Positions 49,101 through 60,662 of a stretch of 64,000 nucleotides of DNA are shown in pieces (positions within the stretch are counted from its first letter, which is position 1; every line of letters starts with the position of its first letter). The stretch comes from Macrostomum lignano (taxonomy: Eukaryota): positions 248,001 through 312,000 of the forward strand of contig NIVC01001601.1 in NCBI GenBank assembly GCA_002269645.1, in the 5' to 3' direction. The notes beneath the pieces are model-generated. The model was not told the origin of the DNA. It saw only the letters and a list, made by a program, of their open reading frames with translations, and did not search any database. The position numbers and the translations under genes are program-made.

Positions 49101-52100
49101 GTGAGATTTTGAGAATTAGAATTCTAGCTTCATTATCTCAAGGGGTGAGATTTTGAAAATTAAGAATTCTTACTTTTATAACCTCCTGGTAATTCTATGC
49201 GAATAATCAGTGTATTTATCTAATTCCCTAAATCCTTTGCTATCCCAAAAAACAGAGGGCATGGCTCTCATCTACTCAGGCGGCGGTCACGGAGTGAGCC
49301 AGCTGCAGGACCAGTTGCTGCCCATGGGCGAGATGGTGGATCCCGTCACCGGAGCCCGCTCCGTGGTGGTGAACGGGCTGTACTATTACCCGGAGAACTT
49401 CGACAGCGACGCGGTCTGCGACGTTGTATTCGACCAGATTCGCCGCCAGATTGAGTTCTATTTCTCCGACGACAATCTCAATCACGACCTGTTTCTGAGG
49501 AGCATCATGGACAAGGAGGGGTTCGTGTGCCTGCAGACTCTGGCCGGCTTCAACAGAGTCAACTACCTGTGCAACGGAAATCCGGAGGATGTGCTCGGTG
49601 AGTTGCGGGGAATTCTCGTGTGTTCCCTTCCCAGATCCTCAGTTGCTGGGCCACCAGCCTCCCAGATCCTCAGTTGCTGGGCCATCCTCCCAGAGCCTCA
49701 GTTGGTGAGCCACCAGCCTCCCAGATCCTCAGTTGCTGGGCCATCCTCCCAGAGCCTCAGTTGGTGAGCCACCAGCCTCCCAGATCCTCAGTTGCTGGGC
49801 CACAGTTGCTGGGCTACCATCGTATAAACGTCAATAATATTTCCCATTTCCCCGTTCCCCGCTCACCCAGCTGCCCTGGAGAAGAGCGACCAGCTGGAGC
49901 TGAGCGCGGACAGGACCAGAGTCCGCCGGCGGGTCAACCCCACCTTGTGGCCCATCGACCTGGACACGTACGAGGGCGGCACAGCCGGACTCAAAGATCG
50001 CAGCTTCTACCAAGAGGACGCCAGTCACCTTTTGAATATCGACGCTCCGGAGTTTGTGCCCAGAACAGGCGGTCAGCCTGGAGGTAAGTTCGGAAAAGGG
50101 TAAGGGTTTGTAATAAACAGGTAAAAAAGCGGAGAGGGTAGCAACCCAGGTAAACTACAAGGGGAGTGGGTAGCAGCCCAGGTAAACTACAAGGGGAGTG
50201 GGTAGCAACCCAGGTAAACTACAAAGGGATTGGGTAGTAGCCCAGGTAAACTACAAGGCGATTGGGTAGCAGCCCAGGTAAACTACAAGGCGATTGGGTA
50301 GCAGCCCAGGTAAACTACAAGGGGAGTGGGTAGCAGCCCAGGTAAACTACAAGGGGAGTGGGTAGCAGCCCAGGTAAACTACAAGGGGAGTGGGTAGCAA
50401 CCCAGGTAAACTACAAAGGGATTGGGTAGTAGCCCAGGTAAACTACAAGGCGATTGGGTAGCAGCCCAGGTAAACTACAAGGCGATTGGGTAGCAGCCCA
50501 GGTAAACTACAAGGGGATTGGGTAGCAGCCCAGGTAAACTACAAGGCGATGGGTAGCAGCCCAGGTAAACTACAAAGTGGGTATTGGGTAGCAACCCAGG
50601 TAAACTACAAAGGGATTAGGTAGCAGCCCAGGTAAACTACAAGGCAATTGGGTAGCAGGTAGAACTTGGGTAGCAGGTATTTGGGTAGCAACCCAGGTAA
50701 ACTACGAAGGCCCAGCCCAGGTAAACTACAAGGGCGCTTTGGGTAGCTAACCCAGCCCAGGTAGACTACAAGTTGGGTACTAACCCGCTGAATTCTTCCC
50801 AGTTGACGATTGGGACTGTAAATACGCCAGCAGAGACTACACTGTTTGTCAATTTAGACAGCAGTTTGACGCAGTCGGTCCCTATTAACAAATCTCGCAT
50901 ATTGCATAGACAAATATAATTTGCAGCCATACTGTTGGATAATAATAAACTAGCCCTACTTATCGGAGTTGCCCAGTTGGCTTAAGCAAATGTGGGTCTG
51001 TGAACTACCTTGAAGCTCACTGTTATCGTTTGTGCTCGCGTCTGTGGGAATCAACAATCTGTTCAATTTGTGGGTTTAGGAACTTCCCCTTACAGTGCAG
51101 CAAATAGGTGCAATGCTCTATCGGCTTCTCTGTTGTTGCCACCATATTGCTTTTAGTTGCTAACCGATAACTCTCTGAACCCAATCCCTCACAAAGATGA
51201 GGACTTGGCAGGCACAGCGACAGGCAATGCAGATGATGTATTTGCTACTGCTGATGATCATTCCAGTAGTAGTAAGGGCATATTTAAGACGCAATTAACT
51301 GAGTGTTATTCATTGCTTGTTCGCTTCAATCACGGTGGTTACTTGTGATTTGATTTAGAAAAAAAAATTGCCAATAAGCGCCATAACTGTCAATGTTTTT
51401 GGTGGATTATGACTATTTATACCATAAAATATGACGAATCATGATGTCATCTGTAATTCCTTTATCGCATTCTTACAAGCAATCGTCTAAAGCTCACGTA
51501 CCCACACCCTTATGACCGGTCATATGCACCCCAATCATCACGCCCTTATGACCGGTCATATGCACCCCAATCATCACACCCTTATGACCGTTCATATGCA
51601 CCCCAATCATCACACCCTTATGACCGGTCATATGCACCCTAATCATCATACCTTATGACCGGTCATATGCACCCCAATCATCACGCCCTTATGACCGGTC
51701 ATATGCACCCCAATCATCACGCCCTTATGACCGGTCATATGCACCCTAATCATCATACCCTTATGACCGGTCATATGCACCCCAATCATCACGCCCTTAT
51801 GACCGGTCATATGCACCCCAATCATCACACCCTTATGACCGGTCATATGCACCCCAATCATCACACCCTTATGACCGGTCATATGCACCCCAATCATCAC
51901 ACCCTTATGACCGCTCATATGCACCCCAATCATCACACCCTTATGACCGTCATATGCACCCAATCATCACGCCCTTATGACTGGTCATACTTATGACCGG
52001 TCATATGCACCTCATCAAGCACCCTCTACGCCTGACCGCTCATCATGCCAGACCCCACTCATCACACCCATTGCAAACACCGGTCATATGCACCCCAATC

Positions 52101-54787
52101 ATCACACCGGTCATATGCACCGCTCATATGCACCCCAATCATCACACCCTTATGACCGGTCATATGCACCCCAATCATCACACAGCACCGGACCGCATCA
52201 TCATCAGCCTGACCCCACGGCATCATGACCGGTCATATGCACCCCAATCATCACGCCCTTATGACCGGTCATACCCACCCAGTCATCCCTCCAAAAGCAT
52301 CTACGCCTAAAGAATCACCCCAGAGTTCCTGTGTTTCAAACGACGATTAATTGTGCGGTAACAGGTAGTACCAGTAGAGCAACCCGGACATCCTGTGAAT
52401 AACGGCATCTTTCTGTGCCCCGCAGACCGCTGGCACGAGGTGTTTCGAAGGCCCCGGACCTCGCGCAACAGCTCCAACTCCGCCAGCGACTCCCCCGCCG
52501 CAGCTGGAGCCGCCCCCACACCAGCTCCAGCCACCACCGGTGCACCGCCAGCGTCTGGACCTCCGCCGGACGACGACGAGCTGGACTTTGAGTTCAGCGC
52601 CGAGCGCGGCAAATCGGCTTCTGCAGCTTCCGCTGCTTCAACTGGAGCCGGCGCCGGCGCTCCGTCATCGTCTGGCGGCGCGCATCATCACGGCGGCAGC
52701 AGGCGGGCTCGAGTCCGGGCGATCTCCACCACCGAGGACGACCTCACCGAGTCGGACATCAACCGGCTCATCGTGGTGGCACCGTCGGGCATGTCGCTGC
52801 GGACGCTGGCCAAGCATCCCGGAGGCGACCGGCCGCATCACAGCGCCGTGCACCGGCCGGGCAGGATGACCCAGGAGCTGGCCAGGCAGATCAGCGACGG
52901 CCTGACTGAGTACGAGGCGGCCATCTGGAAGCAGCAGGAGTAACAGCAGGAGGATTCTGTGACATCCGGTATGCAACAGTGCAGTGGTCTCGGAGGAATC
53001 TCAGAGCCAGGAAAATGTCCGACAGTGCGGCCAAGCAGCAGAGCAGCAGCAGACATCAAGCCCAGCAGCAGCCGCCACCCCCGCCTCCGAGCACCCCGCC
53101 GCCCCCGCAATTTCAACTGGAAAATGTACAACGAGTTTAAAATCTGGCTGAAGATGCAGCAGCACAGCAGCAGGCGTGCCTCTACTAATTTTTTACTTTA
53201 ATGAGAAATCATAAGGTTAATATATCTAGATTAAGAAACATGCGGAATTGTTTCTTATTTGCAATTTGCAATTAGGGCAATCTAGCAATCTAGTGCGGCC
53301 CCCCTTCGAGCTATTAAAAATATAGCTCTAATTAGGACACAATTGTGGCAGTATTAGAGATATAATTAGGACACAAGTAGGGCATTATTAGCAATATAAT
53401 TAGGACACGGGTTCAATTTTGGTCTAATCATTATCACAATTAGGGGTAGGAATATAATCAATACACAATTAGGGCAACATTAGGAATCTAATTAGGACAC
53501 AATTAGGGCAGTATTGGGAATCTAATTAGGACACAATTAGGGCGCTATTAGGAATCTAATAATACACAATTAGGTTAACATTAGGAATCTAATTAGGACA
53601 CAATTAGGGCAGTATTATCAACCTAACTACTTGTAGCACACGACTAGAGAAACATTGAAATTAATTATATTTTTAATAAAGATTAATAGCGTCATCATAA
53701 ATGCATTACCTCATTAACAAGAGCACAGCTATAATGCTTACCAAACCCCAGGTACGGTCTGGAGTGCCTGTTCCGTTTCTACAGCTACGGGCTGGAGCGC
53801 CGCTTCCGTAAGGATCTGTTCCGCGATTTCAACGAAGCCACCCTGAAGGACTATCAGTCTGGCCAGTTGTACGGCCTGGAGAAGTTCTGGGCGCTGTTCG
53901 CTTACTCCACCATCGATCCAGCTAGCGTGGACATTGACCCCGCGCTGCGGGTTGCCCTCACCAAGTACACCAAAGTGGAAGATTTTCGCTGCAAGGAGAA
54001 TGTAAGTTTAGGTCACTTATAAGGGTAATAGAGGAGCTTCTGTGGTTTAATCGGGGGGTCAGAGGACCTCTCTCTCTTCTGAACTGTCGGGAGTCTAATG
54101 ACCCCCTCCCCAGATGAATTCTCCTAATAATTTTCAGGGGGGGGTCAGAAGACCTCTAGTGAACTTTTGTAGATTTAGATGTCTTCGTAAATGACTCAAT
54201 AAGAGAGTCAGGAGGGGGCAGATGTCCTCCCTAAACCCTCAGGAGGGCAGATGTCCTCCCTAAACCCTCAGGAGGGCAGATGTCCTCCCTAAACCCTCAG
54301 GAGGGCAGATGTCCTCCCTGAACCCTCAGGAGGGCAGATGTCCTCCCTGAACCCTCAGGAGGGCAGATGTCCTCCCTAAACCCTCAGGGGGGCAGATGAC
54401 CTCCCTAGAAGACAAGCAGGGCAGATGACCTCCCTAGAAGGCAGTCAAGGGGGCAGATGACCTCCCTAGAAGGCAGTCAAGGGGGCAGATGACCTCCCTA
54501 GAAGGCAGTCAAGGGGGCAGATGACCTCCCTAGAAGATCGATAGTCAGGGGGGCAGATAACCCCTTTCCAGACACCAGTAGCGAAATCAAGATAAAAATT
54601 GCATTCGTATGCATAAATTGGTTCAAAAACAAAGACTTGCACAACAAAGACCCAAGCCCGCCCCGCTCCCTATCCGCAGTTCATTCCTCCGCACGGATTT
54701 TACGTTCGCAAGCGAAGCGGCAACTCTGCGAGCTCAGCTCGGACCAACAGCGAGTCGGAGGGCCAGCAGCAGCAGGCGCCAGCTTAG
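40109..54787 (+). CDS. LARP1: La-related protein 1; join(40109..40874,42470..42715,49280..49597,49871..50083,52426..52939,53752..54001,54680..54787), 804 aa if spliced this way; DM15 region incomplete
   Basis: DWPSL motif, La motif ([34 protein letters not shown]), PAM2-like [10 protein letters not shown], then [42 protein letters not shown]15 exon [29 protein letters not shown] is missed by the ORF track. Phases are consistent. Alternative exon-3 acceptor at 49256. Confidence 0.9.
41770..42115. repeat. 21-bp minisatellite (CCCATTATCAGAATCCCCAAT)n, LARP1 intron 1
   Basis: Directly visible. Confidence 0.92.
42908..43005. repeat. 18-bp repeat (CATCATCTCTTCCCACTG)n, LARP1 intron 2
   Basis: About five visible units. 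Confidence 0.9.
43845..44730 (-). mobile_element. Degenerate 3' part of a non-LTR retrotransposon (RT C-terminal region and Cys/His motif)
   Basis: Minus strand: ..[50 protein letters not shown].. and ..[33 protein letters not shown].., typical of LINE ORF2 C-termini. Frameshifted. Confidence 0.85.
45142..45945 (-). mobile_element. Crypton-like (tyrosine-recombinase DNA transposon, DUF3504/ZMYM-QRICH1-KCTD1-related) remnant
   Basis: Frameshifted minus-strand peptide ..[10 protein letters not shown] / [61 protein letters not shown] resembles the CryptonA N-terminal region. No catalytic YR motifs seen. Confidence 0.55.
46440..47350 (-). mobile_element. hAT-family transposase C-terminal remnant
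   Basis: Minus-strand pieces ..[18 protein letters not shown].., ..EDYPLLT.., ..PHGNADSE(fs)..[20 protein letters not shown] resemble the hAT dimerisation domain. Many stops. Confidence 0.7.
47590..47890 (+). mobile_element. LINE 3' end with CAA-rich tail
   Basis: ..TGHHPDL..(fs)..[26 protein letters not shown].. (degenerate CCHC motif) followed by AACAACAAAACAACAAC runs. Confidence 0.6.
48590..49165. repeat. ~42-44-bp minisatellite (GTGAGATTTTGAGAATTAGAATTCTAGCTTCATCATCTCAGA)n, end of LARP1 intron 2
   Basis: Directly visible. Confidence 0.94.
49628..49812. repeat. ~31-33-bp repeat (CCTCCCAGATCCTCAGTTGCTGGGCCACCAG)n, LARP1 intron 3
   Basis: About five units filling most of a 273-bp intron. 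Confidence 0.9.
50140..50770. repeat. 32-bp minisatellite (CCCAGGTAAACTACAAGGGGAGTGGGTAGCAG)n, LARP1 intron 4
   Basis: Directly visible. Confidence 0.95.
51505..52280. repeat. 36-bp minisatellite (TTATGACCGGTCATATGCACCCCAATCATCACACCC)n, LARP1 intron 4
   Basis: Directly visible; each unit contains the palindrome TATGACCGGTCATA. Confidence 0.95.
53325..53625. repeat. Degenerate ~33-bp repeat (AATTAGGACACAATTAGGGCAGTATTAGGAATCT)
   Basis: Visible units between the broken DM15 segment and the DM15 exon. Confidence 0.8.
54205..54560. repeat. ~29-32-bp minisatellite (GGAGGGCAGATGTCCTCCCTAAACCCTCA)n and derivative, last LARP1 intron
   Basis: Directly visible. Confidence 0.92.
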
Positions 54788-55184
54788 AGTTGCCAGTTAG
54801 TGCTTGGAATAGCGAAAAGTGTTTAAACACAGCTGACAACTTCAACTATTTATTATCATTTATTAAATTCGCTTAAATCCTTTTTTGACCGTTTGGTTGG
54901 GCATTTTTGTGTGTTTTTTTGTTCTCTTCAATCCGCCTGGTTTCTGGTCTCACTTTATCTATAATAACGCTGTTTAGATATGAATTTGTTTAATCCATAT
55001 TTTATGCGCCTCTTGTATTTGTGGCTTAATAATATATTTTTGATTTTTGTGCAGAATTTGATGGTGACCCCCCTTCCCCCGAGAAATTCATTCGCATTGT
55101 GCCTCCCTCACTTCTGTGCCTGCAATTATTGGACAGCATCTGTTCTGCTTGATTTGGTGCTCTAGTGGCATTCCCGTGAAATCA

Positions 55185-55352
55185 CTGGGGTCAGGTGACC
55201 CCTGCTCTGACGGAATCCACCAGGGTCGGATGACCCCTGCTGCTCTGACAGAATCCACAAGGGTCAGATGACCCCTTCTGCTCTGACAGAATCCACAAAG
55301 GTCAGATGACCCCTGCTGCTCTTACAGAATCCACCAGGGTCAGATGACCCCG
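55185..55352. repeat. ~40-bp repeat with GGGTCAGATGACCC core, LARP1 3' region
   Basis: About five units. Confidence 0.85.
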
Positions 55353-55934
55353 GATCTTCTGTTCCAGAGTTGGTACTTTAATAAAAATTAATAACTATGT
55401 ACTTCTCATGCGCTTTTAGTCGTTTATCTATTATGACTAGCTACAAGGCATATTGCTGTTTATTGAAAGCATACAGGTATTTTTGGGTGTCGGTTCTGTA
55501 TTATATACAAGTAGAGAAGCATGAAATTGTTTATTTTTGCTTATGTCATTCGTTTCGTCTGGAATGCGGCCTTGTTAGTCAAGGTTTTCTTATTTTAAAC
55601 TTTGTAATGGTTCTCTGTGTTCTCTGTCAGTTTTAATAGTATTTTGAAGCGATTGTTTAGGAATATTAGCGAACCTTTAGTTGTGAAATCGTTTAAATCA
55701 TGACAAATGAATTTTTTAAATCTTACTTTTAGTTGAAGTGGCTTTTTACTTATCGCCTCAAAAAAGTTTTTTTCAACGGTTTTGAACCGAAAATGTTGGT
55801 TTCTTAAGAGCATGACCTGAAAAAGAGCGTTCCTCAAGGTCATGACGATAAAAATAGTTCCATAAATTCATGACCCTAATGGAAAGGAATAGCCTGAAAA
55901 AGATCGCTTTATGAGGTCATGACCCGACCAATCT

Positions 55935-56255
55935 ACTTCTATAAGGTCATGAACAGACAAATACGCTTCCATATGGTCATGACCCGGTAAATCGGCTTCC
56001 ATAAGGTCATGAACCGATACATAGGCTTCCATAAGATCATGACCCGAATAATTGGCTTCCATAAGGTCATGACACGATAAATCGGCTTCCATAAGGTCAT
56101 GACCCGAATAATTGGCTTCCATAAGGTCATGACACGATAAATCGGCTTCCATAAGGTCATGACCCGAATAATTGGCTTCCATAAGGTCATGACCCGACAA
56201 ATAAGCTTCCATAAGGTCATGACCCGACAAATAAGCTTCCATAAGGTCATGACCC
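55935..56255. repeat. 30-bp minisatellite (CCATAAGGTCATGACCCGAATAATTGGCTT)n
   Basis: Directly visible. Confidence 0.92.
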
Positions 56256-57289
56256 TAGGCTCCTCAAAGAACCTGAAAAATTAGGTTTTCTGAGGTCAAC
56301 TAACACTAAAGTTAATAGTTCTCAGAGGTCATGGCCAGAGATTCGATCTATTCAAAATTAAATGTTTATTATATTGTGCTTACTCACATCTAACACGATA
56401 CAAGTCTTTATAAAAAAATTTAATGTTTATTGGTTATTATGGCTTAATACAATATTCATGCTTTTCCCTGACTATATATGTACTGTTTTATTTTCATATT
56501 AATTGGCTAATGGGCTCCTATATAATATGTACTTTTATATATTTTTTATCAAAACTGCTCTTCCACTCATTCGATATCAATCAGTCTTCTTTGGCTCGAA
56601 TTGCTGCCTTTCTTTTTGAATGCGAAAGAATTACCAATGTACCTTAATTATTGTGTTGGGGATTTACACGGAATAGCGCACTCCTATGTGTACCTTTGCG
56701 CTGTATTATTTGTTTCACTGTCCGCGCACTTTTGTGTCCAACCAACCTTTTGCGCGCACTGCACTACTTGTTAAAAGTAGCGCTTGTGACGCATTGGCAT
56801 CGCGTTAGCTAAATTTAACTCTTTTTTTAACTTTTAACGAAATTAATACGCGAACTATTAACTAGCTATAAAAGCATGTTTCGTTGTTTCATTTTCTGGT
56901 GCGTTTATTGTTGGTTTTTCCGTCTAGCACTTTTCCGATTGTTATACTGCAGGCTAATTGTCCATTAAGCTGTTATTTATTTTTTTAAAGTATCGGTTTA
57001 TTGTTCTTAATGACACGTTTATTATTAAGCGACATCTCTGCAGGTAATTTAATTGTGAATAATTTAGTTTTTAATATCTTTACTCTGGCCCCTTTACGCT
57101 CGTGCTTCAAATAGCTCCTCTTATTGATAAGAAGTTTACCAGCAGTCTTAAATCTCCCCCAATGTACACTGAGCTCTACCAGCAGCTCCTCTCACTCTGC
57201 CAAATGTACGAGTACACAGACCAAGAACCCCCCCCCATTCTGTCCTAACTATATAGCAGCCTTGTCTCTTCCAATTTACATCAGCCCTA

Positions 57290-57640
57290 TCCAAGTGAAC
57301 CCCCATTCTACCCCAACTAAACAGCAGCCTTATCTCTCTCTCCCAATGTACACAGACCCTAGTTGTGAACCCCACTCTACCCCAACTAAACAGCAGCCTT
57401 ATCTCTCTCTCCCAATGTACACAGACCCTAGTTGTGAACCCCCATTCTACCCCAACTAAACAGCAGCCTTATCTCTCTCTCCCAATGTACACAGACCCTA
57501 GTTGTGAACCCCATTCTACCCAACTAAACAGCAGCCTTATCTCTCGCGCCCAATGTACAGAGACCCTAGTTGTGAACCCCCATTTTACCCCAACTAAACA
57601 GCAGCCTTATCTCTCTCCCAATGTACACAGACCTAAGTGA
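57290..57640. repeat. ~69-bp tandem repeat (..CCCCAACTAAACAGCAGCCTTATCTCTCTCTCCCAATGTACACAGACCCTAGTTGTGAAC..)
   Basis: About five units. Confidence 0.92.
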
Positions 57641-58384
57641 ACCCCTATTCCAACTCTCAAGCCTTCACTTAGGTGCCCCATTACTTGCGCCTTATTTGCG
57701 CCCTAAGCCACTTGCACTTTATTAAATACACAATTATAGTTCGTGTCTGTTGTCCTCTCCATGTCCATTGTCTTTACAGCTATTAACAAGCTTTTCTGGT
57801 GCTGTATTTTATCAATAATTAGTCTATGAAAATATTTGTGGCAATTTTTGTGCTTTTGGTGAACATTTCCGTCAGTTGTTCTTTTTTTAATTTGCTGTGT
57901 TGTGCTGGATTTAGTGCCAATTGCAGCTGTGTTTTGTGTCTACTTTGCGGGCTGAAGATAAATGTGTTTTTTTCTCTGTGTAGCTGCGAGTACGTATCTT
58001 TTTTGACTTATTGAAATTAATAAAGTTTTTTGCAATACTTTTTTCCGTCTAGTTTTTCCCCACTTTCAAGACTTTGGGAAATTTGTCCCAGACACAAAAT
58101 TATAAAACTACATTTATAATATTTAAATATATATTTAACTGCATACGCACTTACTGTCCCAGCTTCATCGTATTAGTAAAAGTTCAAACCTAGTACTTTA
58201 ACCCCCCCACAAATTTTCCCTTGCGTTCTTCAGTTAAATTCTTTTCAGAGCCGTTTGTTTACAAATGTCTTGTTCATTTATGATGTTTTTGCTGCTAGGG
58301 ATCATTCTTTCTTCTCTGAAAAAAATATTGTCTTTTTTATTTTTTACTATCTTTGCCTTCTCTCCTGCTGGCTGCTTTTGCCTC

Positions 58385-60662
58385 TTTCGGTTTCTTTTCT
58401 GCTTTCTCTTCTGCTTCTGTTGTCTGTTCTGCTTTCTCTTCCGCTTCTTTTGTCTGTTCTGCTTTCTCTTCCGCTTCTTTTGTCTGTTCTGCTTTCTCTT
58501 CCGCTTCTTTTGTCTGTTCTGCTTTCTCTTCTGTTGTCTTTCGCTTCTGTTGTCTTTTCTGCTTTCTCTTCCGCTTCTGTTGTCTGTTCTGCTTTCTCTT
58601 CCGCTTCTGTTGTCTGTTCTGCTTTCTCTTCTGCTTCTTTTGTCTTTTCTGCTTTCTCTTCTGCTTCTTTTGTCTTTTCTGCTTTCTCTTCCGCTTCTTT
58701 TGTCTTTTTTTGCTTTCTCTTCCGCTTCTTTTGTCTTTTCTGCTTTCTCTTCTGCTTCTTTTGTCTTTTCTGCTTTCTCTTCCGCTTCTTTTGTCTTTTT
58801 TTGCTTTCTCTTCTGCTTCTTTTGTCTTTTCTGCTTTCTCTTCCGCTTCTTTTGTCTTTTTTTGCTTTCTCTTCTGCTTCTTTTGTCTTTTCTGCTTTCT
58901 CTTCCGCTTCTTTTGTCTGTTCTGCTTTCTCTTCCGCTTCTTTTGTCTTTTCTGCTTTCTCTTCCGCTTCTTTTGTCTTTTCTGCTTTCTCTTCCGCTTC
59001 TTTTGTCTTTTTTTGCTTTCTCTTCTGCTTCTTTTGTCTTTTCTGCTTTCTCTTCTGCTTCTTTTGTCTTTTCTGCTTTCTCTTCCGCTTCTGTTGTCTG
59101 TTCTGCTTTCTCTTCCGCTTCTTTTGTCTTTTCTGCTTTCTCTTCCGCTTCTTTTGTCTTTTTTTGCTTTCTCTTCTGCTTCTTTTGTCTTTTCTGCTTT
59201 CTCTTCCGCTTCTTTTGTCTGTTCTGCTTTCTCTTCCGCTTCTTTTGTCTTTTCTGCTTTCTCTTCCGCTTCTTTTGTCTTTTCTGCTTTCTCTTCTGCT
59301 TCTTTTGTCTTTTCTGCTTTCTCTTCCGCTTCTTTTGTCTTTTCTGCTTTCTCTTCTGCTTCTTTTGTCTTTTCTGCTTTCTCTTCCGCTTCTTTTGTCT
59401 TTTTTTGCTTTCTCTTCTGCTTCTTTTGTCTTTTCTGCTTTCTCTTCCGCTTCTTTTGTCTGTTCTGCTTTCTCTTCCGCTTCTTTTGTCTTTTCTGCTT
59501 TCTCTTCCGCTTCTTTTGTCTTTTTTTGCTTTCTCTTCTGCTTCTTTTGTCTTTTCTGCTTTCTCTTCCGCTTCTTTTGTCTGTTCTGCTTTCTCTTCCG
59601 CTTCTTTTGTCTTTTCTGCTTTCTCTTCCGCTTCTTTTGTCTTTTCTGCTTTCTCTTTCGCTTCTTTTGTCTTTTTTTGCTTTCTCTTCTGCTTCTTTTG
59701 TCTTTTCTGCTTTCTCTTCTGCTTCTTTTGTCTTTTCTGCTTTCTCTTCCGCTTCTGTTGTCTGTTCTGCTTTCTCTTCCGCTTCTTTTGTCTTTTTTTG
59801 CTTTCTCTTCTGCTTCTTTTGTCTTTTCTGCTTTCTCTTCTGCTTCTTTTGTCTTTTCTGCTTTCTCTTCCGCTTCTGTTGTCTGTTCTGCTTTCTCTTC
59901 TGCTTCTTTTGTCTTTTCTGCTTTCTCTTCCGCTTCTTTTGTCTTTTCTGCTTTCTCTTCTGCTTCTTTTGTCTTTTCTGCTTTCTCTTCCGCTTCTTTT
60001 GTCTTTTCTGCTTTCTCTTCCGCTTCTCTTGTCTGTTCTGCTTTCTCTTCTGCTTCTGTTGTCTTTTCTGCTTTCTCTTCTGCTTCTTTTGTCTTTTCTG
60101 CTTTCTCTTCCGCTTCTTTTGTCTTTTCTGCTTTCTCTTCTGCTTCTTTTGTCTTTTCTGCTTTCTCTTCCGCTTCTTTTGTCTTTTTTTGCTTTCTCTT
60201 CTGCTTCTTTTGTCTTTTCTGCTTTCTCTTCCGCTTCTTTTGTCTGTTCTGCTTTCTCTTCCGCTTCTTTTGTCTTTTCTGCTTTCTCTTCCGCTTCTTT
60301 TGTCTTTTCTGCTTTCTCTTCCGCTTCTTTTGTCTTTTTTTGCTTTCTCTTCTGCTTCTTTTGTCTTTTCTGCTTTCTCTTCTGCTTCTTTTGTCTTTTC
60401 TGCTTTCCCTTCCGCTTCTGTTGTCTGTTCTGCTTTCTCTTCTGCTTCTTTTGTCTTTTCTGCTTTCTCTTCTGCTTCTTTTGTCTTTTTTTGCTTTCTC
60501 TTCTGCTTCTTTTGTCTTTTCTGCTTTCTCTTCCGCTTCTTTTGTCTTTTTTTGCTTTCTCTTCTGCTTCTTTTGTCTTTTTTTGCTTTCTCTTCTGCTT
60601 CTTTTGTCTTTTCTGCTTTCTCTTCTGCTTCTTTTGTCTGTTCTGCTTTCTCTTCCGCTTCT
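58385..60662. repeat. 30/31-bp pyrimidine-rich minisatellite (CTTTCTCTTCYGCTTCTTTTGTCTTTTCTG)n, ~2.3 kb, stop-free in most frames
   Basis: Directly visible; generates the 800-aa ORFs in the track. Confidence 0.97.

Noticed and set aside
51212-51271. Possible 60-nt symmetric cassette exon in LARP1 intron 4
   Set aside because: Phase-compatible, but the acceptor has almost no polypyrimidine tract; indistinguishable from chance.
51655-51996. His-rich repeat ORF ([12 protein letters not shown])n suggesting a metal-binding peptide
   Set aside because: It lies in an intronic 36-bp array, is frameshifted at both ends and has no splice support. The same applies to the repeat ORFs at 41716, 55868, 57124, 61297 and 62308.
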